A stretch of DNA of 64,000 nucleotides from Planctomycetota bacterium (GTDB taxonomy: Bacteria; Planctomycetota; UBA1135; UBA2386). Under the pieces are notes generated by a model that was not told the origin of the DNA, ran no database searches, and worked only from the letters and a program-made list of their open reading frames with translations. Position numbers and translations under genes: made by a program. The stretch is from NCBI GenBank assembly GCA_965228735.1, contig OZ245838.1, positions 3,968,001 to 4,032,000 of the forward strand, given 5' to 3'. The first letter of the stretch is position 1. Every line of letters starts with the position of its first letter. Of the stretch, positions 1 to 9,136 are shown one piece after another.

Positions 1-687
1 CTCCGCCGTGCCGGGCGCGACCGCGGTGACGAGGCCGGTCGGGCCGAACGTGAGCGCCGAACCCGGAATGCGCATGACGCCGCCATCGGCCATCGCCGTG
101 CCGTTCACGTCGAAGTTCGCCGTGAACGTGAAATACATGTCGCCCGTCGTGACATCGAACGTGAAGCCGTTGACGTCGGGGTTGCTCGTGCTGCTGTTGG
201 CCGCGGTGATGATCTGCGCCTGGCTGATCACCGTCTCGACGCCGGTCTGGTTGCCGTCGTTGAAGAGCCGCACGATCGAGCCCTGCGACAGGGTGCTGCC
301 GTTGAGCAGCCCGCCGCCGTCGACGTCCACCGAGGTCGAGAACCAGATGCCGAAGAACTTCGCCGGCGCGGGCGAGCCGAGCGGCACGTGCAGCGCGTCG
401 ATCTCGCCGACGATGCTGTCGCCGTATTGCCCGTCGCTGTCGTCGTCGCCGAAGAACGCGCACCACGTGCCGTAGTCGCAGTATGGGTAGGCGAACGCCG
501 TGACGCCCGGCGAGTGATACATCACGCCGTCGTCACCGACGATCGCCGCGTCGTTCATGTTGGCCGACGCGAGGCGGACGGTGTCCTCGAACACGAAGAC
601 GAGATTGGCGGGACCCGTGTAGTCGCTCTGGGCCAGGGCGGAGCCGGCGAGCAGGGCCGTGGAGGTGAGTTGCAGGATCTTGTTCAT
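1..687 (-). CDS. Secreted beta-rich hypothetical protein (partial, runs off the window start; absent from ORF track)
   Basis: Manual translation from ATG at 687: MNKILQLTSTALLAGSALAQSDYTGPANLVFVFEDTVR..., open to position 1; Sec signal peptide with an ALA-Q cleavage site. Confidence 0.85.
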   Translation of the reverse strand, partial: MNKILQLTSTALLAGSALAQSDYTGPANLVFVFEDTVRLASANMNDAAIVGDDGVMYHSPGVTAFAYPYCDYGTWCAFFGDDDSDGQYGDSIVGEIDALHVPLGSPAPAKFFGIWFSTSVDVDGGGLLNGSTLSQGSIVRLFNDGNQTGVETVISQAQIITAANSSTSNPDVNGFTFDVTTGDMYFTFTANFDVNGTAMADGGVMRIPGSALTFGPTGLVTAVAPGTAE

Positions 688-861
688 GGTCTGGATCACG
701 AGTGGTGAGTTCAGGGCGACCATGGTCGGGCTACGACCACACCGTGGAAAGAACGGTCTGTGAACATCCGGGGAAGACCGGCGCCGACCGATGCGGTCTA
801 CCAAAACCCCGCTGCGACGTGCATCCGCGGCCGCTCGCGGACCGAATTGCTTCGAACACCC

Positions 862-1599
862 ATGGCAACTCACGTCGTTCTCGATGGCACCGGCGGAATC
901 GGTGCTGCGCTCGTCCGTCGCCTCACCGACCGTGGCGACACGGTCCTCGTTGCGGCCCGGAACGAGGACCGGATCGCCGCCCTGACCGGTGAAGTGCAAA
1001 ACGCGCACGGTCACGCCGTCGACGCGACGTCGTTCGACGCGGTCGAGGCCTGTCTGCAGGCGGGCAAGGAGCTCGGCGACGGTCAGCTCGACGGCGTCGC
1101 CCTCTGCGTCGGCTCCATCCTGCTGCGCCCGGCGCACGCGACGAGCTTCGAGGACTGGCAGGAAACGATCGCGCTCAACCTCACGTCGGCGTTCGCCGTC
1201 ACGCGCGCCGCGGCGAAGACGATGCGCAGCGGCGGCTCGGTCGCGTTCTGCTCGTCGACCGCGGCGACGATCGGCCTCGCCAATCACGAAGCGATCGCGG
1301 CCGCGAAGGCCGGCATCGAGGGCCTCGTGCGCGCCGCGGCCACGACCAACGCCGCGCGCGGCCTGCGCTTCAACGCGGTTGCGCCGGGCCTCGTCGATAC
1401 CCCGATGGCCGAATCGCTGACGGGCAGCCCCGCCGCGCGCGCCGCTTCGGAGAAGCTGCACCCGCTCGGTCGGATCGGCGAGCCCGACGAGGTCGCGAGT
1501 CTGCTCGCGTGGCTGCTGGGGCCGGATGCGACCTGGATGACGGGTGAGGTGATCCGGATCGACGGTGGGATGTCACAGCTGAAGCCGCCGACGCGCTGA
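862..1599 (+). CDS. Short-chain dehydrogenase/reductase (SDR family)
   Basis: GTGGIG Rossmann motif, NAVAPGLVDT, C-terminal TGEVIRIDGG; the catalytic YxxxK appears as IAAAK. Confidence 0.9.
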   Translation: MATHVVLDGTGGIGAALVRRLTDRGDTVLVAARNEDRIAALTGEVQNAHGHAVDATSFDAVEACLQAGKELGDGQLDGVALCVGSILLRPAHATSFEDWQETIALNLTSAFAVTRAAAKTMRSGGSVAFCSSTAATIGLANHEAIAAAKAGIEGLVRAAATTNAARGLRFNAVAPGLVDTPMAESLTGSPAARAASEKLHPLGRIGEPDEVASLLAWLLGPDATWMTGEVIRIDGGMSQLKPPTR

Positions 1600-1618
1600 C
1601 AGCGCCGGCCCGACCCAA

Positions 1619-1657
1619 CTCAGCGCAACCGCTCAGCGCGACCGCTCAGCGCAGTCG
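1619..1657. repeat. Three 13-nt tandem copies of CTCAGCGCRRYCG spanning the anti-sigma stop codon
   Basis: ctcagcgcaaccg ctcagcgcgaccg ctcagcgcagtcg read directly. Confidence 0.7.
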
Positions 1658-2962
1658 CTCGCGCCACTGCTCGAGGACTTCGTCGCGCTCGCCGACCGGC
1701 GCCTCGCGCCAGAACTTCAGGTCCTTCATCGCGTTCTTCGCGCCGCCGACGACACGCTCGAGCGCCCGGAAGCCCGCCGACCGCACGTTGACGTCGTTGC
1801 TCTCGAGCATCGCGAACAGCCACGGCGCCTGGCTGAACTCGGCGTGGCGCTCGATCATCTTCGCGGTCTTCTCGCGCAGCGCGGCGTCCCGCATCTCGAC
1901 CGTGTACTCGTAGAGCAGCGGCACGATGCGCGCGCCGTAGCGCCGCAGCTCGAGCACGGCCTCCTCGCGGAACCGGCCGGCGACGTAGGCCTCGACGAGC
2001 GCTTCGATGCTGTCGTTCATCTCCTGCGCGTCCTGCTGCAGGATCACCATCGGCACCATCCACCCTTTCACAGTGGGCACGAACGGGATGCGCTCGGGGC
2101 GGCTGATCGCGCCCTTCTCGTCGATCCACACGCGCGTCCGCTGCGTCACTCGCCGCGAGTCACCGCCCGCGGTGCGGATCTTCACGAAGCCGCTGAGTGC
2201 GAGCACGGCGCAGCCCTTCTCCTCCCGCTCGACGACGACCTCGGAGTCGCCCGTGAGAATCGTGGCGAAACCGGCCTCGATCCGGATCTGCTCCGGCGCC
2301 CCCATCGGCTTCATCCACAGTCGCCCGGCTTGCAACACGAACTCGGACTCGTCGATGAGCGCCACCGAATCGCGATCGAGCCGGACTGCCATGTCGGTGC
2401 CGTAGACGTAGATGCCCGCGAAGGCAGGCCCCGTACGGAACTGCGTGCCCCACTTGCAGTGGTAGCTGTTCGGGTAGAGCTCCTGCACGCCCTCGCCCGG
2501 CTCGTCGATCTCGATCTTGCCGAGGAAGTTGGTGAAGTAGAGCCCGGTCTCCATCGCCGGGCTGGGCTTCAGGTTGTTGTTGTTCTGCTTGTCCTGCGGA
2601 TCCTGGCCGTCCTCCGGGTTGCCGTCCGGGTTCTCGCCGTTCGGATCGCCCGTCTGGCCATCCCCCGTGCCGTCGGTCGTCCCATCGGTCGACGCGACGT
2701 CCTCACCCGTGGGCGTGAGCGCCGAACTCGTCGCGAGGCCCAGCACGATCCCGAGCGCGAGCACGCCGAGCAGCACCGCGGCGAGCGGCAGACCGATCGG
2801 GCCCCGCGGAGCGGGCTCCGGACCGGACGCGGCCACGGGCTCAGGCGTCACGTCCTCGATGGGCATCGCGTCCTCGAGCGCCGCGAGGACGGCCTGCGCG
2901 TCGTCGACGGGATCGCCGGCCAGCGGCCGGAGCGCGTCGCGTAGTTCGCGGTCGAGGTTCAT
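1646..2962 (-). CDS. Putative anti-sigma factor (one TM helix, low-complexity linker, FecR-like beta domain, helical C-terminus)
   Basis: Directly downstream of an ECF sigma gene; TM segment LPLAAVLLGVLALGIVLGL; FecR-like VRLDRDS..LQAGRLW..VLALSGFV. Confidence 0.7.
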   Translation of the reverse strand: MNLDRELRDALRPLAGDPVDDAQAVLAALEDAMPIEDVTPEPVAASGPEPAPRGPIGLPLAAVLLGVLALGIVLGLATSSALTPTGEDVASTDGTTDGTGDGQTGDPNGENPDGNPEDGQDPQDKQNNNNLKPSPAMETGLYFTNFLGKIEIDEPGEGVQELYPNSYHCKWGTQFRTGPAFAGIYVYGTDMAVRLDRDSVALIDESEFVLQAGRLWMKPMGAPEQIRIEAGFATILTGDSEVVVEREEKGCAVLALSGFVKIRTAGGDSRRVTQRTRVWIDEKGAISRPERIPFVPTVKGWMVPMVILQQDAQEMNDSIEALVEAYVAGRFREEAVLELRRYGARIVPLLYEYTVEMRDAALREKTAKMIERHAEFSQAPWLFAMLESNDVNVRSAGFRALERVVGGAKNAMKDLKFWREAPVGERDEVLEQWRERLR

Positions 2963-2975
2963 GCCACCCCTCCCT

Positions 2976-3587
2976 TCATGGCAGCCCTCCACCCGAACGG
3001 TTCGGCGCCGTCTCGTCCGAGGTCTCGTCATCACCGCTGAAGTCCTCGCCCAGCGCCTGCTTGAGCTGCTGGCGCGCGCGGTGGAGACGTTGACTGACGG
3101 CACCTTCGGTGATTCCGAGCATTGCGGCGATCTCCGCCATCGGCTTCTGCTCGAAATAAAACATCAGTACGGCTTCGCGAAGCGCCAATGGCAACCGTCC
3201 TACCTGACGGCGCATGTGCTCGAGACGTTCCTCCCGAATATCCGCGATTTGGTCCGGCTCGCTCGGCGTGGCGAAATCCACATCCGCCGTCGCCACGGGC
3301 TCACGACCCGAGCGGCGGATGGTGTCGACACAGATGTTATGGGCGATGCGGTGCAAGAACGCTGGAAAACGCTGCGGGTCTTCGAGACGAGACAAACCCC
3401 GAAATGCCCGCAGGAATGCTTCCTGAACCAGATCGTCCAGGTCGTCGCGCCGGCCTGTCCGCGCGAGGCACACCGCGCGTACGGACCGTGAGTATCGGAC
3501 TACGAGGAGTCCGAATGCCTCACGCGAACCGAGGATCGATTGGCGCACCAGGTCTTGATCCCTGGTGCCGGGAGCAATTGCCGACAA
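2976..3587 (-). CDS. ECF RNA polymerase sigma-70 factor
   Basis: Region 2 DDLVQEAFLRAF..FPAFLHRIAHN; region 4 LPLALREAVLM..EIAAMLGITEGAVSQRLHRAR; TTG start uncertain. Confidence 0.9.
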   Translation of the reverse strand: MSAIAPGTRDQDLVRQSILGSREAFGLLVVRYSRSVRAVCLARTGRRDDLDDLVQEAFLRAFRGLSRLEDPQRFPAFLHRIAHNICVDTIRRSGREPVATADVDFATPSEPDQIADIREERLEHMRRQVGRLPLALREAVLMFYFEQKPMAEIAAMLGITEGAVSQRLHRARQQLKQALGEDFSGDDETSDETAPNRSGGGLP

Positions 3588-3792
3588 GATCGGGTTGATA
3601 CGGAAGTCGCAGCGTTTTCGCCAGTCACGACAGAGAAACTGGGAATCGACGCTCGCGGTAGCCGCTGTTCTACGACCGGTTGCCGGCAAATCCTTGGAAC
3701 GGGTGAACTTCCGCACTCCACTGGATCGATGGCCGCAGGGTGGTAGACATGCCGATTCCAAGAGCCCCCGCCCCGTAACCGCCCTTCCCACC

Positions 3793-4881
3793 GTGCGTGT
3801 CCTCTCCGTCGTCGGCGCCCGCCCCAACTTCATGAAGGTGGCGCCCCTGACCGCCGCCCTGACTCGGCGTGGGCACGAGAGCCGGCTGGTCCACACGGGC
3901 CAGCACTACGACGACAACATGTCCGCGGCGTTCTTCCGCGATCTGCGGCTGCCGGAGCCGGACCACTATCTCGGGGTCGGTTCGGGCTCCCACGCGCAGA
4001 TGACGGCGGCGGTCATGACCGCGTTCGAGCCGATCCTGATCGAGGAAAAGCCCGATGTCGTGGTCGTCGTGGGCGATGTGAACTCGACCGTGGCCTGCAC
4101 GCTCGTCGCGACCAAGATGCACGTGCCCGTCGCCCACGTCGAGGCCGGGCTGCGCAGCCGCGACCGCACGATGCCCGAGGAGATCAACCGGCTCGTGACA
4201 GACGCGGTCGCCGACCTGCTGCTGACGCCGTCACCCGACGCCGATGAGAACCTGCGGGCGGAAGGCGTGCCCGCCGAACGCATCCACTTCGTCGGCAACA
4301 TCATGATCGACGCGCTGGCCGCGCGCTTTCAGAACGCGCCGCCGACCGACGTGATCGCGCGGCTCGGTCTCGAGGACGGCAAGTTCGGCGTCGTCACGCT
4401 GCATCGCCCGTCGAACGTCGACGACCCGGCGACGCTGCAGGGCATCGTCGACGCGCTCGTCGAGCTCAGCGCCGAGCTGCCGCTGGTGTTCCCGTGCCAC
4501 CCGCGCACGCGCAGTCGCCTGCAGATCGACCCCGCGGGGGCGCCGCAGCTGCACCTGACCGAACCGCTCGGCTACTTCGACTTCTCCACGCTCGTCAAGG
4601 GCAGCCGCCTCGTGCTGACCGACTCGGGCGGACTGCAGGAGGAGACGACCTGGCACGGCATCCCGTGCGTGACGATCCGGGAGAACACCGAACGGCCGAT
4701 CACGATCACGGCGGGCAGCAACGTGCTCGCCGGCAACGATCCGCGGAAGATCCTCGAGCTGGCGCGCGCGGCGCTGCAGCGTGGCGAACGGGAGGAATTC
4801 GGGGTGCCGGAGCTGTGGGATGGACGGACCGCCGACCGTATCGTGGACGTGTTGGAACAGTGGTGGGCGGTTCGGAGTTAG
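3793..4881 (+). CDS. wecB: UDP-N-acetylglucosamine 2-epimerase (non-hydrolysing)
   Basis: VVGARPNFMK, HTGQHYD, HVEAGLRS, MPEEINR, TDSGGLQEE, RENTERP motifs. Confidence 0.95.
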   Translation: MRVLSVVGARPNFMKVAPLTAALTRRGHESRLVHTGQHYDDNMSAAFFRDLRLPEPDHYLGVGSGSHAQMTAAVMTAFEPILIEEKPDVVVVVGDVNSTVACTLVATKMHVPVAHVEAGLRSRDRTMPEEINRLVTDAVADLLLTPSPDADENLRAEGVPAERIHFVGNIMIDALAARFQNAPPTDVIARLGLEDGKFGVVTLHRPSNVDDPATLQGIVDALVELSAELPLVFPCHPRTRSRLQIDPAGAPQLHLTEPLGYFDFSTLVKGSRLVLTDSGGLQEETTWHGIPCVTIRENTERPITITAGSNVLAGNDPRKILELARAALQRGEREEFGVPELWDGRTADRIVDVLEQWWAVRS

Positions 4882-6215
4882 TCGGACAACGCGGCGAGCC
4901 ACGACAGGAGCGGTTGGAAAGACCGCTCGGTGCCGTACGCCGTGGCCGGCTCGACGTCCATCGCGCCGCCGACCAGCCGCGCGATCGCGGCCGCGAGTTC
5001 GGCCGTCTGATCGTGCGTGAAGCAGTGGCCCGGCCCGCACGCCGCCTCGACGATGCGCCACGCGTCGCCGACCTTGCCGACGAACAGGATCGGCCGCCGC
5101 GCCATCAGGTAGTCGTAGAGCTTGGCCGGCACGAAGATGTTGTCGGCATCCTCTTCGCCGTTCACGAGCACGAGCGCGGTCGTGCCGCGCATCGCGCGCA
5201 GCGCCTCGCCGAACGGCACGTGGCCGTGCTGCCGAACGGCGGCCTTCACGAGGTCGCGCGTCGGCGCGAGGTCCTCGGTGAGCAGCGCCTGCGAGTCGGC
5301 CGCACCGCTGAACGCGTCGAGCCGCACCGTCCGCAGCACGTCGTCCGCGAGCGCGGACAACGCGCGCACGAACGGCAGCAGGCGACGGCGCGGGTAGATC
5401 GTGCCGAAGTAGCCGAGGTGGATGCCGGGGCGGCGCTCGATCGCGGGGCCCTGCGACTCGACCTGCTCCATGAGCGCGAAATCGGCGCCGTTGCGCATGA
5501 CCTCGACGTCGAACGGCAGACCCGTGCCGGCGCCATCAGTGTCCCCCATGTGTTCGAGGAAACTCGCCCTGGCCTCTTCGGTGTTGACGAACAGCACGTC
5601 AGCGTGCCGCAGCCAGCCGCGTTCGCGGTCGCGCAGGCGGCGCTGCAGCCGCGGGTTGCCGGCCGCGGTCCAGACGTTGCCCGTGAGCAGATCGCGGTAG
5701 TCGACGACGATCTTCACGCCGGGCACGAGTTTGCGAAGGCGCGGAATCGCGAGCAGCTGGCCGTGCGGGCCGCACGACAACACGACGACGTCGATGCCGT
5801 TCTCGCGCACGAGCCGGGGCAGGTGGCGCTTGAGCCGCAGCGCCCATTCGACGTGTCGATCGGGCAAGGCGAGCCACTTCGGCAGCTCGTGGTAGAGCGA
5901 CCGCAGGATCTTCTCCGGCAGGTTGCGCGCCGCGGGCCGGGAGTTGAGCGTCGGGCCGCCGAGGCCGTGGCGGACGACCGCGGGCGGGATCAGCGCCGCG
6001 AGCGTATCGTCTCGGACTTGCAGCAGCCGTTCGTCGAGACTGATCCAATGAACGTCGTGGCCGTGCGCGAGCAGCACGCGGCTCAGACGCAGCACGCGGT
6101 GGGATGCGACCGCGGGTTGCGGGGGCGCATAGAAGCTCACGATCGCGACGCGCCGGGCGCGATGCGCGCTCTGGTCGTCGCCAGGGGTCTCGGAGGGCTC
6201 GGCCGAAGCTGACAT
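4878..6215 (-). CDS. GT-B (family 4-like) glycosyltransferase
   Basis: SFYAPP..ASHR N-terminus, VVDYRD, GYFGTIY, PAKLYDYLMARRPIL. Confidence 0.85.
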   Translation of the reverse strand: MSASAEPSETPGDDQSAHRARRVAIVSFYAPPQPAVASHRVLRLSRVLLAHGHDVHWISLDERLLQVRDDTLAALIPPAVVRHGLGGPTLNSRPAARNLPEKILRSLYHELPKWLALPDRHVEWALRLKRHLPRLVRENGIDVVVLSCGPHGQLLAIPRLRKLVPGVKIVVDYRDLLTGNVWTAAGNPRLQRRLRDRERGWLRHADVLFVNTEEARASFLEHMGDTDGAGTGLPFDVEVMRNGADFALMEQVESQGPAIERRPGIHLGYFGTIYPRRRLLPFVRALSALADDVLRTVRLDAFSGAADSQALLTEDLAPTRDLVKAAVRQHGHVPFGEALRAMRGTTALVLVNGEEDADNIFVPAKLYDYLMARRPILFVGKVGDAWRIVEAACGPGHCFTHDQTAELAAAIARLVGGAMDVEPATAYGTERSFQPLLSWLAALSD

Positions 6216-7752
6216 GGGGGCTCTGCGGACATTAGCGCGCAACGTCGCCAGCAATGCCACAGGCTATGTGGTCGCGGCGGTGCTCGCGTTGATCGTGACG
6301 CCGATCGCGAACGACGAGCTCGGCGTCGAGCTCTACGGCGTCTGGCAGGCCATCGTCGCGCTGACTGGCTACTACGGCCTGCTCGACCTCGGGATCCGCG
6401 CGGCCGTGACCCAGTACATCGCGCGGCACTGGAGCCGCGGCGAGAACGAGGAGCTCGGGCGCCTGCTGAGCACGGCGCTCGCGATCACCGGGGCGATTGC
6501 CACGATCCTGCTGCTCGGCACGATCGGCCTGTCGTTCGTCGCCGATTGGTTCTTCGACGGCGCCGCCCGGGAATCGGCGCCCCACGCCATCCTCGTGTTC
6601 GGCGTCGGCGTCGCGATCTCGTTCCCGATGTCCGTGTTCGGCGCCGCGATCCAGGCCCGCGAGCGGTTCGATCTGGCCAACATCATCGGCATCACGGAGC
6701 GCGTCTTGTGCAGCGCGCTCTACGTGTGGGCCCTGCTCACCGGCAAGGGGATCATCGCGCTCGCCTGGATCACGACCGGCACGTCGGTCGCCGCCCACAT
6801 CGCGCGCGGCCTGATCGCCCGGCGTCTGCTGCCGGGCGTGCCGATCGCCGCCAACCTGGTGTGCCGCGAGAAGCGCAAGGACCTGTTCGGGTTCGGCCTC
6901 TACAGCTTCCTCGTGAGCATGAGCGACCGGCTCGTGCTCTACACCGACACGCTCATCATCCTGATCCTGATGAGCGAGGCCGCCGTCACCTACTACAGCA
7001 ACGGCGGCAGCTTCATCCACCACTACCTCGGGCTGATCGCGGCGATCGCGTGGACCCTGACGCCGCGCGCGACGAGCTTCGACGCGCTGCAGAACAAGGC
7101 CGCGCTGCGGCAGATGTGGTACACCGGATCCCGACTGATCGTGCAGTTCGCGACGATCGTGGGCGCCGGCCTGTTCTTCCTCGGCCACGACTTCATCGGT
7201 GTCTGGCTCGACCCCAAGTTCCTGCTCGGCGAACCCTACGCCTCGAGCGCCGTGATCATGCAGCTGCTCGCGCTCGCCGCGCTGACGCGCTGCCTGATGA
7301 CCTGCGGCAAGCAGGTGCTCTACGGCATGCGCGAGGTCCGCTTCCTCGCGCGACTGTCGGTCGCCGAAGCCGTCGCCAACATCGCGCTGTCGGTCCCGGG
7401 CGTGATCTTCTTCGGCAACATCGGCGTCGCGCTCGGCACGCTGATCCCGGCCGTCGTCGTGAACCTGTGGCTGCAGCCGCGCTTCGTGGCCAAGAAACTC
7501 GGCGCGTCGTACGGCCTGTTCCTCGGTAACGTCGTGCCACCCGCACTCATGGTGTTCGGGGCGATGGGCGCCGCGTCGTACGCGTCACGCGCCCTCGTGC
7601 CGGTCACCGGCTGGGGCACGTTCGCGGCCAACGTCGCGTTCGTCGGAACGGTCGGCGTCGGGGTGGCGTGGGCCTTCGGCCTCGGCCCCGCGGAGCGCGA
7701 GCGCGTGCTGCGCAAGCTGCCGTGGCGGACCGGGTCCGTCGAACGGAGTTAG
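6214..7752 (+). CDS. Polysaccharide flippase (Wzx/MOP family)
   Basis: LARNVASN start, LGVELYGVW, LLDLGI, many TM helices. Confidence 0.88.
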   Translation: MGALRTLARNVASNATGYVVAAVLALIVTPIANDELGVELYGVWQAIVALTGYYGLLDLGIRAAVTQYIARHWSRGENEELGRLLSTALAITGAIATILLLGTIGLSFVADWFFDGAARESAPHAILVFGVGVAISFPMSVFGAAIQARERFDLANIIGITERVLCSALYVWALLTGKGIIALAWITTGTSVAAHIARGLIARRLLPGVPIAANLVCREKRKDLFGFGLYSFLVSMSDRLVLYTDTLIILILMSEAAVTYYSNGGSFIHHYLGLIAAIAWTLTPRATSFDALQNKAALRQMWYTGSRLIVQFATIVGAGLFFLGHDFIGVWLDPKFLLGEPYASSAVIMQLLALAALTRCLMTCGKQVLYGMREVRFLARLSVAEAVANIALSVPGVIFFGNIGVALGTLIPAVVVNLWLQPRFVAKKLGASYGLFLGNVVPPALMVFGAMGAASYASRALVPVTGWGTFAANVAFVGTVGVGVAWAFGLGPAERERVLRKLPWRTGSVERS

Positions 7753-7771
7753 CCAATCGACCGGGCAGCCA

Positions 7772-7792
7772 CCGGCGGCGCGACGCCGCCGG
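7772..7792. terminator. GC-rich hairpin between convergent genes (possible bidirectional terminator, no U-tract)
   Basis: ccggcggcg-cga-cgccgccgg perfect 9-bp stem. Confidence 0.45.
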
Positions 7793-7814
7793 CGAACTGC
7801 GCGCGTGGCTGCGC

Positions 7815-8936
7815 CTACTGCGCGGCCCTCTCGGCGGCGGCGATCATCTCTTCGAGGACCTCTTCCATCTGGGTCTCGTTGCGCACGTTCTTGTGGCGGA
7901 TGACGCCGGCGTGATCGATGTAGAACAGCGTCGGCCAGCTGTTCACGCGCCAGGTGTCACTGATCTGCGGCGACACGCTCTCGTTCTGGAAGCTGCGCCA
8001 GGTGACGCCCATTTCCTCGGCCTTCTTGCGATACATCTCCAGGCCCTTCGGCCGGGTCGTGTTGTCGCTGTTGACGCCGATGAGAGCGAAGGGACGGTTC
8101 TTGAACTTTTCCACGAGCGACCGCTCGTGCGGGATCATTGCCACGCAGGGTGGTCACCAGAAGCCCCAGAAGTCCAGGAGGACGACCTTGCCGCGGTAGT
8201 CGCTGAGCTTGAACTTCGTGCCGTCGACGTCCGTCGCCGCGATGTCGGGCGCCTCGCAGCCGACCTGCAGGTGGCGGATCTCGAACAGCGCCTCGTCCGC
8301 CGCGGCGCACAGCTTCTCGTCCTTCGTCAGCTTGGCGACCGACTCGAGGTCTTGCTGCGCGGCTTCGCGGGCGGCGTCGCTGCGCGCGTTCTGCAGGCGC
8401 AGCTTGCCACGCTGCAGATGCGCGGACGCCTTCGCGGCGGCGTGCTCGTTGAACTCGATAACGTCGCTGAAGAGGTCCATGACCTCCTTCTCGCAACCCA
8501 TGCGGACCGCGGTCTCGACGTTGGCCAGGGCCTCGCCGATCTGCGCGCTCTCGCTGTGGTCGAGCGTCAGCGTCGCGAGCGTCTTCTTGACCTGCTCGGT
8601 CTCCTTCGTCGCGTACTTGAGGACGAAGCCGTGGAACAGGATCGCGACGTCCTCACCCGCGTGCTCGGTCGCGAGCTCCCGCGCCTGGGTGATGAACTTC
8701 TTGGACGGCGGGTTCATCGCGATCGCCGGCCGCGGCTGGTTCTTGCGCCGCGCCTCGGCCATGGCGGCCATGGCTTCCTTCTGCCACGCGCTGAACGCCT
8801 GCGTGTAGGCCTTGACGAGGCCGTCGTAGGCCGCCTGGGCCTGCTGCTGATCCGCCACCGCAGCGTCGCCATCCTGGGCGAGCGCGACCGTGGGCAGACC
8901 CAAGAGCAGGGAGGCGGCGAGAGAGGATCGAATCAC
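7815..8936 (-). CDS. Exported TlpA/AhpC-TSA thioredoxin-fold selenoprotein, 373 aa, UxxC (Sec261)
   Basis: ORFs 8154..8936 and 7815..8144 are in one frame joined by TGA at 8154-8156: VVLLDFWGFW-U-PPC-VAMIPHE; AAGGAG RBS, signal peptide, downstream SECIS-like hairpin. Confidence 0.92.
8112..8129 (-). promoter_or_regulatory. Bacterial SECIS-like hairpin
   Basis: mRNA CACGAGC-GGUC-GCUCGUG; apical loop begins 31 nt after the UGA. Confidence 0.75.
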
Positions 8937-9001
8937 TTGGATCTCCTTGCCGAACTGCTGGTATGGGGAACGCGAATACTACGTGAACATACCGAACCCG
9001 G

Positions 9002-9106
9002 TACTACCCGTACGGTACCTGGTTCATGCTGCCGGCCGGCGTAACGCGACCCGCAAGGCAACGCCCTCTCGGCCGGCAGCATGAACCAGGTACCGTACGG
9101 GTGGTA
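9002..9106. repeat. Long intergenic inverted repeat, REP/MITE-like element copy 1
   Basis: Arms 9002-9038 and 9070-9106 (core ccgtacggtacctggttcatgctgccggccg) with one mismatch; homologous copy at about 38.97 kb. Confidence 0.9.
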
Positions 9107-9136
9107 TGTTCACTTCGGTCGGGAAGAATCCCTGAC

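Noticed and set aside
8..475. Plus-strand ORFs at the window start
   Set aside because: Antisense shadows of the real minus-strand gene 1..687, which has a signal peptide and typical codon usage
7815..8156. Pseudogene interpretation of the split thioredoxin gene
   Set aside because: The stop is UGA at the catalytic Cys position, the frame is intact and a SECIS-like hairpin follows
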